Origin: Gemmatimonadota bacterium
GTDB taxonomy: Bacteria > Gemmatimonadota > Gemmatimonadetes > Gemmatimonadales > Gemmatimonadaceae
Assembly: GCA_040389905.1 (NCBI GenBank)
Contig: JAZJZK010000007.1
Location: 265,105-329,104 of the forward strand
Reading direction: 5' to 3'
Length of the DNA stretch: 64,000 nucleotides
Positions 36,798-45,643 of the stretch are shown here, one piece after another; position 1 is the first letter of the stretch; each line of letters begins with the position of its first letter. A program made the position numbers and the translations under genes. Under the pieces are notes generated by a model. The model had not been told where the DNA came from and made no database searches. It was given only the letters and a program-made list of their open reading frames with translations.

Positions 36798-38546
36798 CTA
36801 CCTCAGCTGTACCCGCGCGAGATGGACGCCGTTCGCATCGCGGGTGGAGAGGTAGACGATCTTCCCCTTGCCGAATCCGATGAGCGTGAAGCCCTGCGGA
36901 ATCTGAATCCGATCAACCAACTCACCAGCGCGACTGATGACGTCGAAGATGGGCCCGCCAGCAATAGGTGTGGGCGTGTTGATGTGAACCCACAGGTTGC
37001 CGTCTCCATCCGCGCGGACGCTGTTCTCGCCGAATGGTGGCTTGTAGTCGGGCAGGTCCTGTGGATCCATGACGCCTGATGTGCGCAACTGCGGCATCGG
37101 CGGCGCGTTGCCACCAGGCACCACCAAGGGAGCCGGAATGCAAGAGGGCCGGCCGGTCGTCGAGTTGAGTAGCGCTTGCGCTTCACGGCTAAGGCCCTGA
37201 TTGCCGCCACCGGCGCCGCCGCGACCGCCGAAGCCGCCGCCGTCGCCGCCGCGGTTGCCACCACCATCACCGCCGCCGCGTGCCGGCCGATCTCCGCCCG
37301 CACCGCCGGGGAAGCCGCCACCCGGGAAACCGCCGCCCGGGAAGCCACCACCACGGCCACCGCGGCCGCCGCGGCCGGTCTGTGCGTCGGATGAATCCCT
37401 ATCGGCAGCGGGAACCGCACCGGCCAGCATTTCCGGCTCCTCGCCCTCGGCGCAGGCGTAGATGTAGTTCGCAGGCATCTTGAGCGTGGGCGGAAGCTTC
37501 CATTCGCGCTGGAACCCCGCCGGCGGTGTGAAGCCCGCCGGGATCTCGAGCGAGTCCGGATAGCTCTTCCCGTACTGATTCACCCAGCGAATGAGCTGCT
37601 GCAGATACCCGCTCATGGCTCGACGCGTCTGAACGTTTCGCACTGAATCCACGAGGAGTTGCTTGGTGGAATCGTTCAGGCGTTGCCACGGATACGGAAG
37701 CTTCGCGGAGGATGTAATCTTGCCATCCCCATCGCGATACTCGACGCGGTAGTCACGTGCGCGAAGGAACGCGATGATGCCATCCGGGAGCACGGCCCAT
37801 TCATCCGTCGCCGGGAGCGGGTTCGTGACCGAGGTAAAGTTGAATCCGCCCGCCGGGTTGACCCGGACGCTGTTCTCCTCCTTTGGAATCTTGATCACAC
37901 CGAGTGTGTCGAGCTTCCGCGTGTCCATCGTGATGCCGACGATGAACGCGGAGTCAGGCTGCTGCGGAATCCAGGGTGTATCACGCGGGGGAGCTACTTT
38001 CGGCCGTCCCGGCTGGGCATTGATGCGATAGACGATCCGCCCCTTCGAATCCACACCGGGCAGGCCGCTGAAGCCGGACAGTGCGCCCGCATCCTGGATG
38101 CGTGGCAGCGACCGCACGCGCGCGATCTTGCCGTCCTTGTCGAGGAGGATCATGGCGAACGCGGCGCCATCGATGAAAATCGTCGTATCGCCACGGTAGC
38201 TGATCATGCCGCCGGCTCGCGTGCCGTAGTACTGGCGTGTCTCACTCAATGAATCGAGTACGACCTTGACGAGCTTCAGCGACGAATCGAGCATCAGCAG
38301 TCTGCGGCGCTGGCCATCGTTCAGCAGCACGCGTCCGTCGCTCAGCTGTTTCACGCTGGTGATCGAGCCCAGCTGCTCCGTGGAGACGGCGGACGCCGTC
38401 GAGATGCGCCGGATCGCCGGACCCGGCGTAAGCGTGGGCAGGGCTGCCGGTTGGCGTGCTGGCGGTGCCGCGGGCGTCGTCTGCGCGCCGGCAACGTGTG
38501 CCGCGGCAACCATCGCGAGCGCTGTGACCTTCTGCAATGTCTTCAT
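36798..38546 (-). CDS. Exported beta-propeller-like protein with an internal RGG/FGG glycine-rich insert
   Basis: Signal peptide MKTLQKVTALAMVAAAHVAGAQ (start ATG 38544-38546). Repeated blade-like segments (DGRVLLND.., DKDGKIARV.., DSKGRIVYR.., DGDGNLWVH..). Insert GRGGRGGRGGGFPGGGFPGGGFPGGAGGDRPARGGGDGGGNRGGDGGGFGGRGGAGGGNQ. Confidence 0.75.
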   Translation of the reverse strand: MKTLQKVTALAMVAAAHVAGAQTTPAAPPARQPAALPTLTPGPAIRRISTASAVSTEQLGSITSVKQLSDGRVLLNDGQRRRLLMLDSSLKLVKVVLDSLSETRQYYGTRAGGMISYRGDTTIFIDGAAFAMILLDKDGKIARVRSLPRIQDAGALSGFSGLPGVDSKGRIVYRINAQPGRPKVAPPRDTPWIPQQPDSAFIVGITMDTRKLDTLGVIKIPKEENSVRVNPAGGFNFTSVTNPLPATDEWAVLPDGIIAFLRARDYRVEYRDGDGKITSSAKLPYPWQRLNDSTKQLLVDSVRNVQTRRAMSGYLQQLIRWVNQYGKSYPDSLEIPAGFTPPAGFQREWKLPPTLKMPANYIYACAEGEEPEMLAGAVPAADRDSSDAQTGRGGRGGRGGGFPGGGFPGGGFPGGAGGDRPARGGGDGGGNRGGDGGGFGGRGGAGGGNQGLSREAQALLNSTTGRPSCIPAPLVVPGGNAPPMPQLRTSGVMDPQDLPDYKPPFGENSVRADGDGNLWVHINTPTPIAGGPIFDVISRAGELVDRIQIPQGFTLIGFGKGKIVYLSTRDANGVHLARVQLR

Positions 38547-38550
38547 GGTA

Positions 38551-41500
38551 TTACAAGCCTCCTGGGCCACGACCGCCGCCACCACCACCACCGCCACCGC
38601 CGAATCCTCCTCCACCACCTCCGCCACCTGTACCGCCGCCGACGTACAGGCCCGTTCCATTGCGGATCGACTGAAGGTAGAGCGGATCGAGCGAATTCAA
38701 TACCTGGGCCGGCAGCTTGCGCTTCTGCTCAGCCGTGAGCAGCCCCTGAATCGTCCGGCCGATTTCCATCAGCATGTCGACCTGCGCGTGACGCGCACTG
38801 AGATAGCGGTCGAACACTTCGCTGCCGTTGTAGTCTTCCGGCAGCTTGGCGAACCAGGTCGCGATCGGCGTCCACAACGAATCCGTGCGGTAGAGATAGT
38901 CGCGGTTCATCGAGGCAATGCTGTCTGCCTGAACCGCCGTCAACTGCAGCGTGTCCTGCTGGCGCATGATGTTCTGCATCGGGTTCTGCAATCCGGCGGA
39001 CGCCTGCTGGCGCAGTGACTGCTCGTTCTGCCGCGCGCCCGGCTGGCTGCGGCCGGCGTCGAGCGACTGCTCGAGCCGCTGCCACTCACGGGTCGCGCCC
39101 AGGTCGTAGCGGAACGACAACGTGAGGACCACCGGATTGCGGAAGGTCATCAACTGCGGACTCGTCGCGCCGAAGCGCTGATTGACTTCGTACTTGTAGC
39201 GATTCGTCGACGGATCGAAGCCGCGCACGTACAGCAGGGCGGGATCCGGTGCGACCGACATGCCCCAACCCTTGATGTTGTTGGCGCCATTCACGAGCAG
39301 GTCGGCAGCGCCAATGGGGTTCGAGAGCGAGAACGAGACGTTCGCGCGCTGCGGCATGTGGAACTTCGCGCGGTCGAGCGTGATCTGCAGCGAAGCCGTG
39401 GAGCTCCATGGTCCCTTGCAGGAATTCCGATCGGCGATGCGGCCGAGCTGGCTCGAGAGGCAATCCGAATTCGCGAGCAGTGTCTTCATGCCGGCAGCGA
39501 GGACCGGATCACTCGCCGACGACGGATTGTAGATGAACGCGCGGTCATTCGACGAACCGTCGCCGTTGACGTCGCCGGAGATCATCGGCGTGTAGCGATT
39601 GCCCGAGCGGAAGTTGCCGTTCCAGTTGACGTGGACGGCGTCGAAGAAGCTATACCGCAAGCTGTACGTGATCTGGTGCGGCCCCTGCGCCGACCTCGCG
39701 GACTCGACGAGCAGCGGATTTGACGCGGTGCTCTGGAAGCCCGAATACTGCTCGCGAATATCTGAGTAGGTATACGCCAGGCTCCAGCCGAACTCATTCT
39801 GCACTCGGCTGATGGGCGAGAGACGGAACATCAACTGCGCGGTGCGCCCGCTCAGGTCGGAGCGCAGTTCGTTCACGCGGTTGAAGGACGGTGAGACGCG
39901 TGCATCGCGAGAGGCGATACTGCCGGTCGTCGTCACGATGCTCGTGGGCATCACGTACACCGGACGCCCGTCGTCGAGCGTGAAGCGCTCGTTCGGCGCG
40001 AAGTTGAGGTCGAGCGTCCGCTGCTGGTTCATGTTGAGCGACAGCGTCGCTTCGGTGCTCAGCGAGAAGCGTGCATCGAGGACCGTGCCGTTCCACGACA
40101 GGTTCGAGCGAACCGACTTCGCCGGTTTGAAGTCCGGGGAGAACAGCGTAACGCTCGGCGACGTGTTGGAGAACACGGAGCCGGCAGTGCCGTCCGCGCA
40201 GGCGTTCGGGATGCCTGCCGGGTTCGTCGTATACAGTGTCCAATCGGGGGACGGAACCGCGGGGCCGGTGCAAACAATCTGCTGCGTGCCGCCGGGCAGG
40301 CCGGTGTTGTCGAGCGCCGAGCCGATCGCACCCGCGTTCAGGTTGCTGGCGAATACTCCGATGCCTCCGCGCACGACCGCGCGCGGTGTCCGAGCCGCTC
40401 CGAAGAAGGCCGTGATCTCGTTGACCTGGCCCGTCGTCCAGGAGAAGCCGATTCTGGGGCTGACGAGGATCGGCGAGGGGACTGCATCGTTGTTGCGACC
40501 GAACTGGGTGCTCACCAGATCGTTGTGCGCCGGCTTGATCGTATACGCGCTGGCATCGACACGCACGCCGTACTGGATCTGGAGATCCGGGGTGTAGCGA
40601 TAGGTATCGCCCAGCGCCATGGAGCCGGAGGCCTGACCCGTCGTGCGTTGACGTGCGGCGAGCGTCCGCGTGAACGACGCGGGAATGCCCGCTTCGAGAT
40701 CGGCGAGCGAGTTGTAGAAGAAGCTACCGAAGAGGTTGGAGGACTGGTCCTGCGTGTTGCCGCTGAAGACCGCCTCGGTGCTCAGCTTGATGCGGTGCTT
40801 GTTGCCGTCGTCGAACCAGGACAGTGTGTTCTGTGCCGTGGCGCCGATCGCGCGCGTGCTCGAGCTCAGCGTCTGATTCCCACCGAACGCGAGCGACTGC
40901 ACGCCGCTCGTTCCATCGTCGAAGAGTGAATTGACGCGGACGCGCCCGGATGGCAGCTCGAGATACGGTGACCCGTAATTCTTCGACGCATTCACGCCGA
41001 CGGTCGTTTCACTGAGGAGCAGCTTGATGTAGCCACTGTGCCGTCCCTGCACGCCACCGCCCCAGTTGAAGCGATCGCCACTCGACGACGCGAGCGACGT
41101 AACACCGCCGGTCACCGGGCTCTGACGCGACCAGTTGCCGTTGAAAGTCAGGTTGAAGGCGTTCCCCGCGGTCGATGACGGCGGGTTGTAATCGATGCTG
41201 CCGAACGCGGAGCCGTTGTCGCTGACGCGACTCGAGTGCGTTCCCCCGCCGATCGTCGGCACGCCGCGCCGCTGGAGGATGTTGAGAAAGCGCTCGACGG
41301 AATCCATGGCAATGCCCGCCGTCTCGAGTCCGAGCGCATTCGTGTTGAGAATGGTCTGGTTGTCGCGGGAGTTGCGGCCGAGCTGATAGGACAGATTGTA
41401 GAAGGACTTGTTCAAGACGAGCGGTCCCGACGCGACCCCGCCCCAAGAGACGTTCGTGTAGTCAGTGCCCAACGCCGAGGCGGCGTTGTCGCTCCACATG

Positions 41501-42285
41501 AGCGGCGGGGCGTTGAAGACCACGGAGGTGCCGCGCGTCTTGAAGTTGGAACCGCTGCGCGACTGCACATTGAGGTTGGCGCCGCTGAACCCGCCACGCG
41601 ACACGTCGTACGGCGACGTCGACAGCGAGGTGGAGACGGCGGCGTCGCGCGGCAGGCTGCTCGAACTGGACTGCACACCATTGAGCGTGACAGTGTTCGC
41701 GTCTGCGCCGAGACCAAGCACGGAGAATCCATCGGCGGCCCCATCTGCACCGGCGACGAGCAGCACGCCCGGCAACGATGCGGCCATTGCCGCGAGGTCA
41801 CCCTGAAGTTCCGGCGGCAGGTTGTCGGTGGTCACGTTGCGCTCGGTGCCCGACACGTCCTGCGTCTGCTGGTTCCGGTTGACCCGTTGCTGCACCGTTT
41901 CCGTCGTCACGATCGTGTCGAGGGCGATGACGTTCATGCGGGCGTCGGCGACGAGCACTTCCTCGTCGGCGAGCCGCTTGACTTCGAAGGTGCGAAACAG
42001 GTAGCCGATGCGCGCGAAGCCCATGATGTAGTCGCCGGAGTTGCCCGGGAATGCAATCTGGTAGCTTCCGTTCGCGCCCGTCCGCACTTCTCGCACGACG
42101 TTGCCGGGAATCGACGTCGCGGTGACCCGGACGTTCTGGAGCGGCAGGCCCTCGAAGTTCGTGACCTTGCCGCGGATCACATCAGTCTGCGCGCTCAACC
42201 GCGGGGCGAGTGCCAACAGGGCAAGGAGGACGACGAGTATCGCACTGCCTCGTCTGCCCGCCGTGAAATCATCCTTGGTCATCAT
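38551..42285 (-). CDS. Giant outer-membrane protein: CarboxypepD_reg domain + TonB-dependent-receptor-like plug/barrel + helical C-terminal extension + poly-Gly tail
   Basis: N-terminus: signal peptide, then IRGKVTNFEGLPLQNVRVTATS...GSYQIAF, then a plug-like region (DLAAMAASLPGVLLV...VTLNGV). A long beta-rich region follows. The C-terminal ~190 aa are helical with LQLTAVQ and GLLTAEQ motifs, ending [29 protein letters not shown]. Confidence 0.85.
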   Translation of the reverse strand: MMTKDDFTAGRRGSAILVVLLALLALAPRLSAQTDVIRGKVTNFEGLPLQNVRVTATSIPGNVVREVRTGANGSYQIAFPGNSGDYIMGFARIGYLFRTFEVKRLADEEVLVADARMNVIALDTIVTTETVQQRVNRNQQTQDVSGTERNVTTDNLPPELQGDLAAMAASLPGVLLVAGADGAADGFSVLGLGADANTVTLNGVQSSSSSLPRDAAVSTSLSTSPYDVSRGGFSGANLNVQSRSGSNFKTRGTSVVFNAPPLMWSDNAASALGTDYTNVSWGGVASGPLVLNKSFYNLSYQLGRNSRDNQTILNTNALGLETAGIAMDSVERFLNILQRRGVPTIGGGTHSSRVSDNGSAFGSIDYNPPSSTAGNAFNLTFNGNWSRQSPVTGGVTSLASSSGDRFNWGGGVQGRHSGYIKLLLSETTVGVNASKNYGSPYLELPSGRVRVNSLFDDGTSGVQSLAFGGNQTLSSSTRAIGATAQNTLSWFDDGNKHRIKLSTEAVFSGNTQDQSSNLFGSFFYNSLADLEAGIPASFTRTLAARQRTTGQASGSMALGDTYRYTPDLQIQYGVRVDASAYTIKPAHNDLVSTQFGRNNDAVPSPILVSPRIGFSWTTGQVNEITAFFGAARTPRAVVRGGIGVFASNLNAGAIGSALDNTGLPGGTQQIVCTGPAVPSPDWTLYTTNPAGIPNACADGTAGSVFSNTSPSVTLFSPDFKPAKSVRSNLSWNGTVLDARFSLSTEATLSLNMNQQRTLDLNFAPNERFTLDDGRPVYVMPTSIVTTTGSIASRDARVSPSFNRVNELRSDLSGRTAQLMFRLSPISRVQNEFGWSLAYTYSDIREQYSGFQSTASNPLLVESARSAQGPHQITYSLRYSFFDAVHVNWNGNFRSGNRYTPMISGDVNGDGSSNDRAFIYNPSSASDPVLAAGMKTLLANSDCLSSQLGRIADRNSCKGPWSSTASLQITLDRAKFHMPQRANVSFSLSNPIGAADLLVNGANNIKGWGMSVAPDPALLYVRGFDPSTNRYKYEVNQRFGATSPQLMTFRNPVVLTLSFRYDLGATREWQRLEQSLDAGRSQPGARQNEQSLRQQASAGLQNPMQNIMRQQDTLQLTAVQADSIASMNRDYLYRTDSLWTPIATWFAKLPEDYNGSEVFDRYLSARHAQVDMLMEIGRTIQGLLTAEQKRKLPAQVLNSLDPLYLQSIRNGTGLYVGGGTGGGGGGGGFGGGGGGGGGGRGPGGL

Positions 42286-42676
42286 CTCTTATGATAGGTG
42301 CTCGGGTACCGGTGCATGTCGTACTCCATATACACCGTGTCGTGGCGCGACGTTGGGTGATTGCATACACGCACCGAGGAGACTGCGTCGCGAGGAGAGT
42401 CGATACGCAAAGTGCTCAGGTTTGCAGCACTCTTTTCACTCGTGTTTTCAGTCTTTTCGCGCGCACACACCGACCGTTAAACCGGGTGCACTTCACACCC
42501 CGAATGGAGAAGGACAACATCATGCAACGCGCCAATACCAACCATCAACGCCAGTCCGGTGATGAAGGGGGTCAATCGCAAAAAATTCGCTGTTGCTTGC
42601 GGCACCGCGGACAGCGCGTTCGCTCGCGCTCACTTGACGGCTCACTCGCTTGCGCTCGTTCGACGCGGGCTAGAGG

Positions 42677-43309
42677 CTACAGGGCTACTCGCAGTAGCGC
42701 ACCGACCGCCAACAGCGTGTGCGGCGTCCGGCGCGTGTCATCCTGGCGAGTCAGGAACGTATCGAGACTCGACTTGCTCGTCAGCGGCACACGCGTTCCG
42801 ATCGTCTTGTCGATTCGGTTGAGCGTTCGGTACCGCGAGTCGTACCACAAATCGAACTGGCCGTACGTCCAGAGGGGCACTCCGAAGAGATCCACGTCGT
42901 GGCCGATCGCTGCCCGATTCACGACGCGCTCCGAGTAGACGCGATTGACGTTGCGGATCTCGAAGCGTGTGCGATCGCGCAACTCGAACCCGCCGCCGAG
43001 CGGAATCGTCGTATAGACCGTCGGGATGTAGCGGTGCTCGGTGACCGTCGGCTGCGTGACTTGCCGCACCTCGAGCGCGAAGCGGAAGAGTCCGTACGTT
43101 GGGGATACGACGCCGAGCCCCAGGATCCGCTCGTTCGGCGCGAGGTCGGCCATCTGCAGGTGCTGCTCGTAGAGAAACTGCAGCCCGTAGCCCGCATAGC
43201 GCGGGCTGGTCATGATGATTTCCGGGCGGTATTCGTGTGTCGAACCTTGTGCGCGCGCTGTCGCAGTACTCGCGACGAGCAGCAGCGACGCGAGGAGAGC
43301 GTAGCGCAT
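42677..43309 (-). CDS. Hypothetical outer-membrane beta-barrel-like protein (DUF2490-like)
   Basis: Signal peptide MRYALLASLLLVASTATARAQ, an alternating beta-strand-like pattern, and aromatic residues near the C-terminus. Confidence 0.6.
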   Translation of the reverse strand: MRYALLASLLLVASTATARAQGSTHEYRPEIIMTSPRYAGYGLQFLYEQHLQMADLAPNERILGLGVVSPTYGLFRFALEVRQVTQPTVTEHRYIPTVYTTIPLGGGFELRDRTRFEIRNVNRVYSERVVNRAAIGHDVDLFGVPLWTYGQFDLWYDSRYRTLNRIDKTIGTRVPLTSKSSLDTFLTRQDDTRRTPHTLLAVGALLRVAL

Positions 43310-43404
43310 TCAGAAAGGGCGGGAGGAAGCTGACCCGAAAGTTAGTCCGTCGAACGTCACGACGAAACGCCCTCGCGAAACCTGTTGGCACTGTTGCTGC
43401 CTTG

Positions 43405-44112
43405 ATGGTGTGCATGACTTTCATGCGCTCACTCATACTTGCGTTCGCCACCATCGCGGCACTGGCTGCGCGCGCAGATGCGCAGCGACGCCATGGCAAG
43501 ACCGGACGAGCACCGCTGCCGCTGGCCCTGCACGGCTCGAAGGCGAGCGTCGAAAAGATGTACGGCTTCGCCCGCCTCCACCGCATGCCCTTCTACCTGA
43601 CGCAGACCAACGTCGATACCGCGATCGCGCGCGGGCGCCTCGTTCCGCTGTCAGGCGATGCCGCGTACGAGATGACACGCGGGGTTGGCTTCTCGTACGC
43701 AACACGAGAGACGAAGGCATTCGTGTCCGCGTTTGCCCGCCAGTTCGCCATGGCCTGCGATTCGCCGCTCACGGTGACCAGTGCCGCGCGGCCGCTGAAC
43801 CGGCAACCGCGCAACGCGAATCCGCATTCCGTGCATCCGGCCGGTATCGCGGTGGACATCCGGCGGCCACCGTCTGGGCCGTGCCTCACCTGGGTTCGCG
43901 GCGCGCTCGCGACGCTCGAGGCACAAGGCATCGTGGAGGCGACGGAAGAGCGGCGACCCGTCCACCTGCACATCGCAGTGCTCGTCGCGCCGGGCGCGCC
44001 GGTGATACTGCCGCCGATGGCCGCGACGCGGCCGACGATTTCGTCCGCACTGTTCGCGAAGGACGCATCGATCATTGACTGGAACTGGAGCGGCGTCAAT
44101 CGTCTACGTTGA
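43405..44112 (+). CDS. Exported LAS/M15-like metallopeptidase-fold protein
   Basis: Signal peptide MRSLILAFATIAALAARADAQ. NPHSVHPAGIAVDI fits the SxHxxGxAxD motif of VanY/M15-type peptidases (from memory). Confidence 0.6.
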   Translation: MVCMTFMRSLILAFATIAALAARADAQRRHGKTGRAPLPLALHGSKASVEKMYGFARLHRMPFYLTQTNVDTAIARGRLVPLSGDAAYEMTRGVGFSYATRETKAFVSAFARQFAMACDSPLTVTSAARPLNRQPRNANPHSVHPAGIAVDIRRPPSGPCLTWVRGALATLEAQGIVEATEERRPVHLHIAVLVAPGAPVILPPMAATRPTISSALFAKDASIIDWNWSGVNRLR

Positions 44113-44134
44113 GAGAACTTCTCGACTCGACGAC

Positions 44135-45205
44135 ATGACCGCCTCGCTCTTCTCGACACTCGACCTTCGCTCAGTGACGCTTCGCAATCGGATCGTCGTC
44201 AGTCCGATGTGCCAGTATTCCAGCACCGATGGCTTTGCCAACGACTGGCACCTGGTGCACCTCGGCGGACTCGCCACGGGCGGCGCGGGGCTGGTGTTTA
44301 CCGAAGCCACGGCGATTTCGCCCGAGAGCCGCATCTCTCCGCATGACCTTGGCATCTGGAAAGACGACCATGTCGAGATGCTCTCGCGGATCACGCGCTT
44401 CATCGAGAATCAGGGCGCGGCGTCCGGCATGCAGATCGCCCACGCCGGTCGAAAAGGCAGCCTCGACGCGCCATGGCGCGGTGGCCGAGCCTTGTCGCCG
44501 AGCGATGGCGGATGGACGCCGCTGCTCGCGCCGAGTGCGATTCCCTTCTCACACCACTACCAGACGCCGATGGAGATGAGCGTGCAGGAGATTGCGCGCT
44601 CACTGTACGACTTTCGCAGCGCCGCGGAGCGCGCACTGGCGGCGGGGTTTCGGGTGATCGAACTGCACGGCGCCCACGGCTACCTCTTGCACGAGTTCCT
44701 CTCACCGCTCAGCAACCACCGGACCGATGCCTACGGTGGGTCGTTCGAAAAGCGTGTGCGCTACGTGATCGAGGCCATCGACGTCATACGCGATGTCTGG
44801 CCGGAGCGCCTGCCACTCTTTCTCCGCATCTCCGCCACGGACTGGGCAGAGGGAGGGTGGGATGTGGAACAATCGATCGAGCTGGTACGTCTCGCGCACG
44901 CCCACGGCGTCGATGTCGTGGACTGCTCGACCGGAGGCAACGTTGCCGGTGCGAAGATTCCGGTGGGACCGGGTTATCAGGTTCCCTTTGCCGATCGCAT
45001 TCGGCGTGAGACCGGCGTGCCTGTGGGCGCGGTCGGGATGATTACGGAGTCGGGGCAGGCGGAAGAGATCATCTCGCGCGGCCAGGCCGATGTCGTCATT
45101 CTCGCGCGCGAACTACTTCGGGATCCGCATTGGCCATTGCGCGCGGCGCGGGAACTCGGTGTTGATGTCAAATGGCCGCCGCAGTATGAGAGGGCCAAGT
45201 TGTAA
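44135..45205 (+). CDS. NADH:flavin oxidoreductase (Old Yellow Enzyme family)
   Basis: LRNRIVVSPMCQYS, VIELHGAHGYLLHEFLSPLSNHRTDAYGGS, typical of OYE/NamA. Confidence 0.9.
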   Translation: MTASLFSTLDLRSVTLRNRIVVSPMCQYSSTDGFANDWHLVHLGGLATGGAGLVFTEATAISPESRISPHDLGIWKDDHVEMLSRITRFIENQGAASGMQIAHAGRKGSLDAPWRGGRALSPSDGGWTPLLAPSAIPFSHHYQTPMEMSVQEIARSLYDFRSAAERALAAGFRVIELHGAHGYLLHEFLSPLSNHRTDAYGGSFEKRVRYVIEAIDVIRDVWPERLPLFLRISATDWAEGGWDVEQSIELVRLAHAHGVDVVDCSTGGNVAGAKIPVGPGYQVPFADRIRRETGVPVGAVGMITESGQAEEIISRGQADVVILARELLRDPHWPLRAARELGVDVKWPPQYERAKL

Positions 45206-45220
45206 GCGCGTCAGCGTACG

Positions 45221-45400
45221 TCGCACCTGCACGTTGAACGCCGCACCGGCACATTGAACGTTGCACCGGCACATTGAACGTTGCACCGGCACATTGAACG
45301 TTGCACCGGCACGTTGAACGCCGCACCGGCACATTGAACGTTGCACCGGCACATTGAACGTTGCACCGGCACATTGAACGTTGCACCGGCCCATTGAACG
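45221..45400. repeat. Nine head-to-tail copies of a 20-nt repeat ((C/T)GCACCGGCAC(A/G)TTGAACG(T/C))
   Basis: Exact 20-nt register from 45221 to 45400, with no spacers. Abuts the family-C palindrome. Confidence 0.9.
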
Positions 45401-45501
45401 CGGATTGAGCGGGTTGAAGCGGATAAGATCTGATTGAAAAGACTTTGAACAAAGGCTTTGTCAGATTTGATCCGCTTCAACCCGCCCAATCCGCGTTCAA
45501 T
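45391..45501. repeat. Family-C palindromic repeat
   Basis: CATTGAACGCGGATTGAGCGGGTTGAAGCGGATAAGATCTGA...TCAGATTTGATCCGCTTCAACCCGCCCAATCCGCGTTCAATG. Confidence 0.88.
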
Positions 45502-45643
45502 GTGCCGGTGCACGAGTGTCGCGTTCACTGTGCTGGTGCACGAGTGTCGCGTTCAAGGTGCCGGTGCACGAGTGTCGCGTTCAAAGGTGCCGGTGCACGA
45601 ATGTCGCGTTCAATGTGCCGGTGCGCGAAGTTCGCGGTCAACG
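45502..45643. repeat. Five tandem copies of a 27-29-nt repeat (GTGCCGGTGCACGAGTGTCGCGTTCAA)
   Basis: Roughly complementary to the left-hand 20-mer array. The last copy overlaps the stop codon of the serine-hydrolase gene. Confidence 0.88.

Noticed and set aside
38547-38660. N-terminal extension of ORF 36798..38660, and the similar extension 52894..52986 of the lipoprotein ORF
   Set aside because: The first extension overlaps the 3' end of the upstream gene, and the second overlaps repeat DNA. Internal ATGs give proper signal or lipoprotein peptides.
42286-42676. Cobalamin or other riboswitch upstream of the TonB-receptor-like gene
   Set aside because: I could not find a B12-box-like consensus or another riboswitch core by eye. 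The question is left open in a finding, and no feature is called.
45221-45643. Possible CRISPR array (regular short repeats)
   Set aside because: The repeats are directly adjacent (20-nt and 27-29-nt periods) with no unique spacers. The two arrays are mutually complementary around a palindrome, and no cas genes are present.
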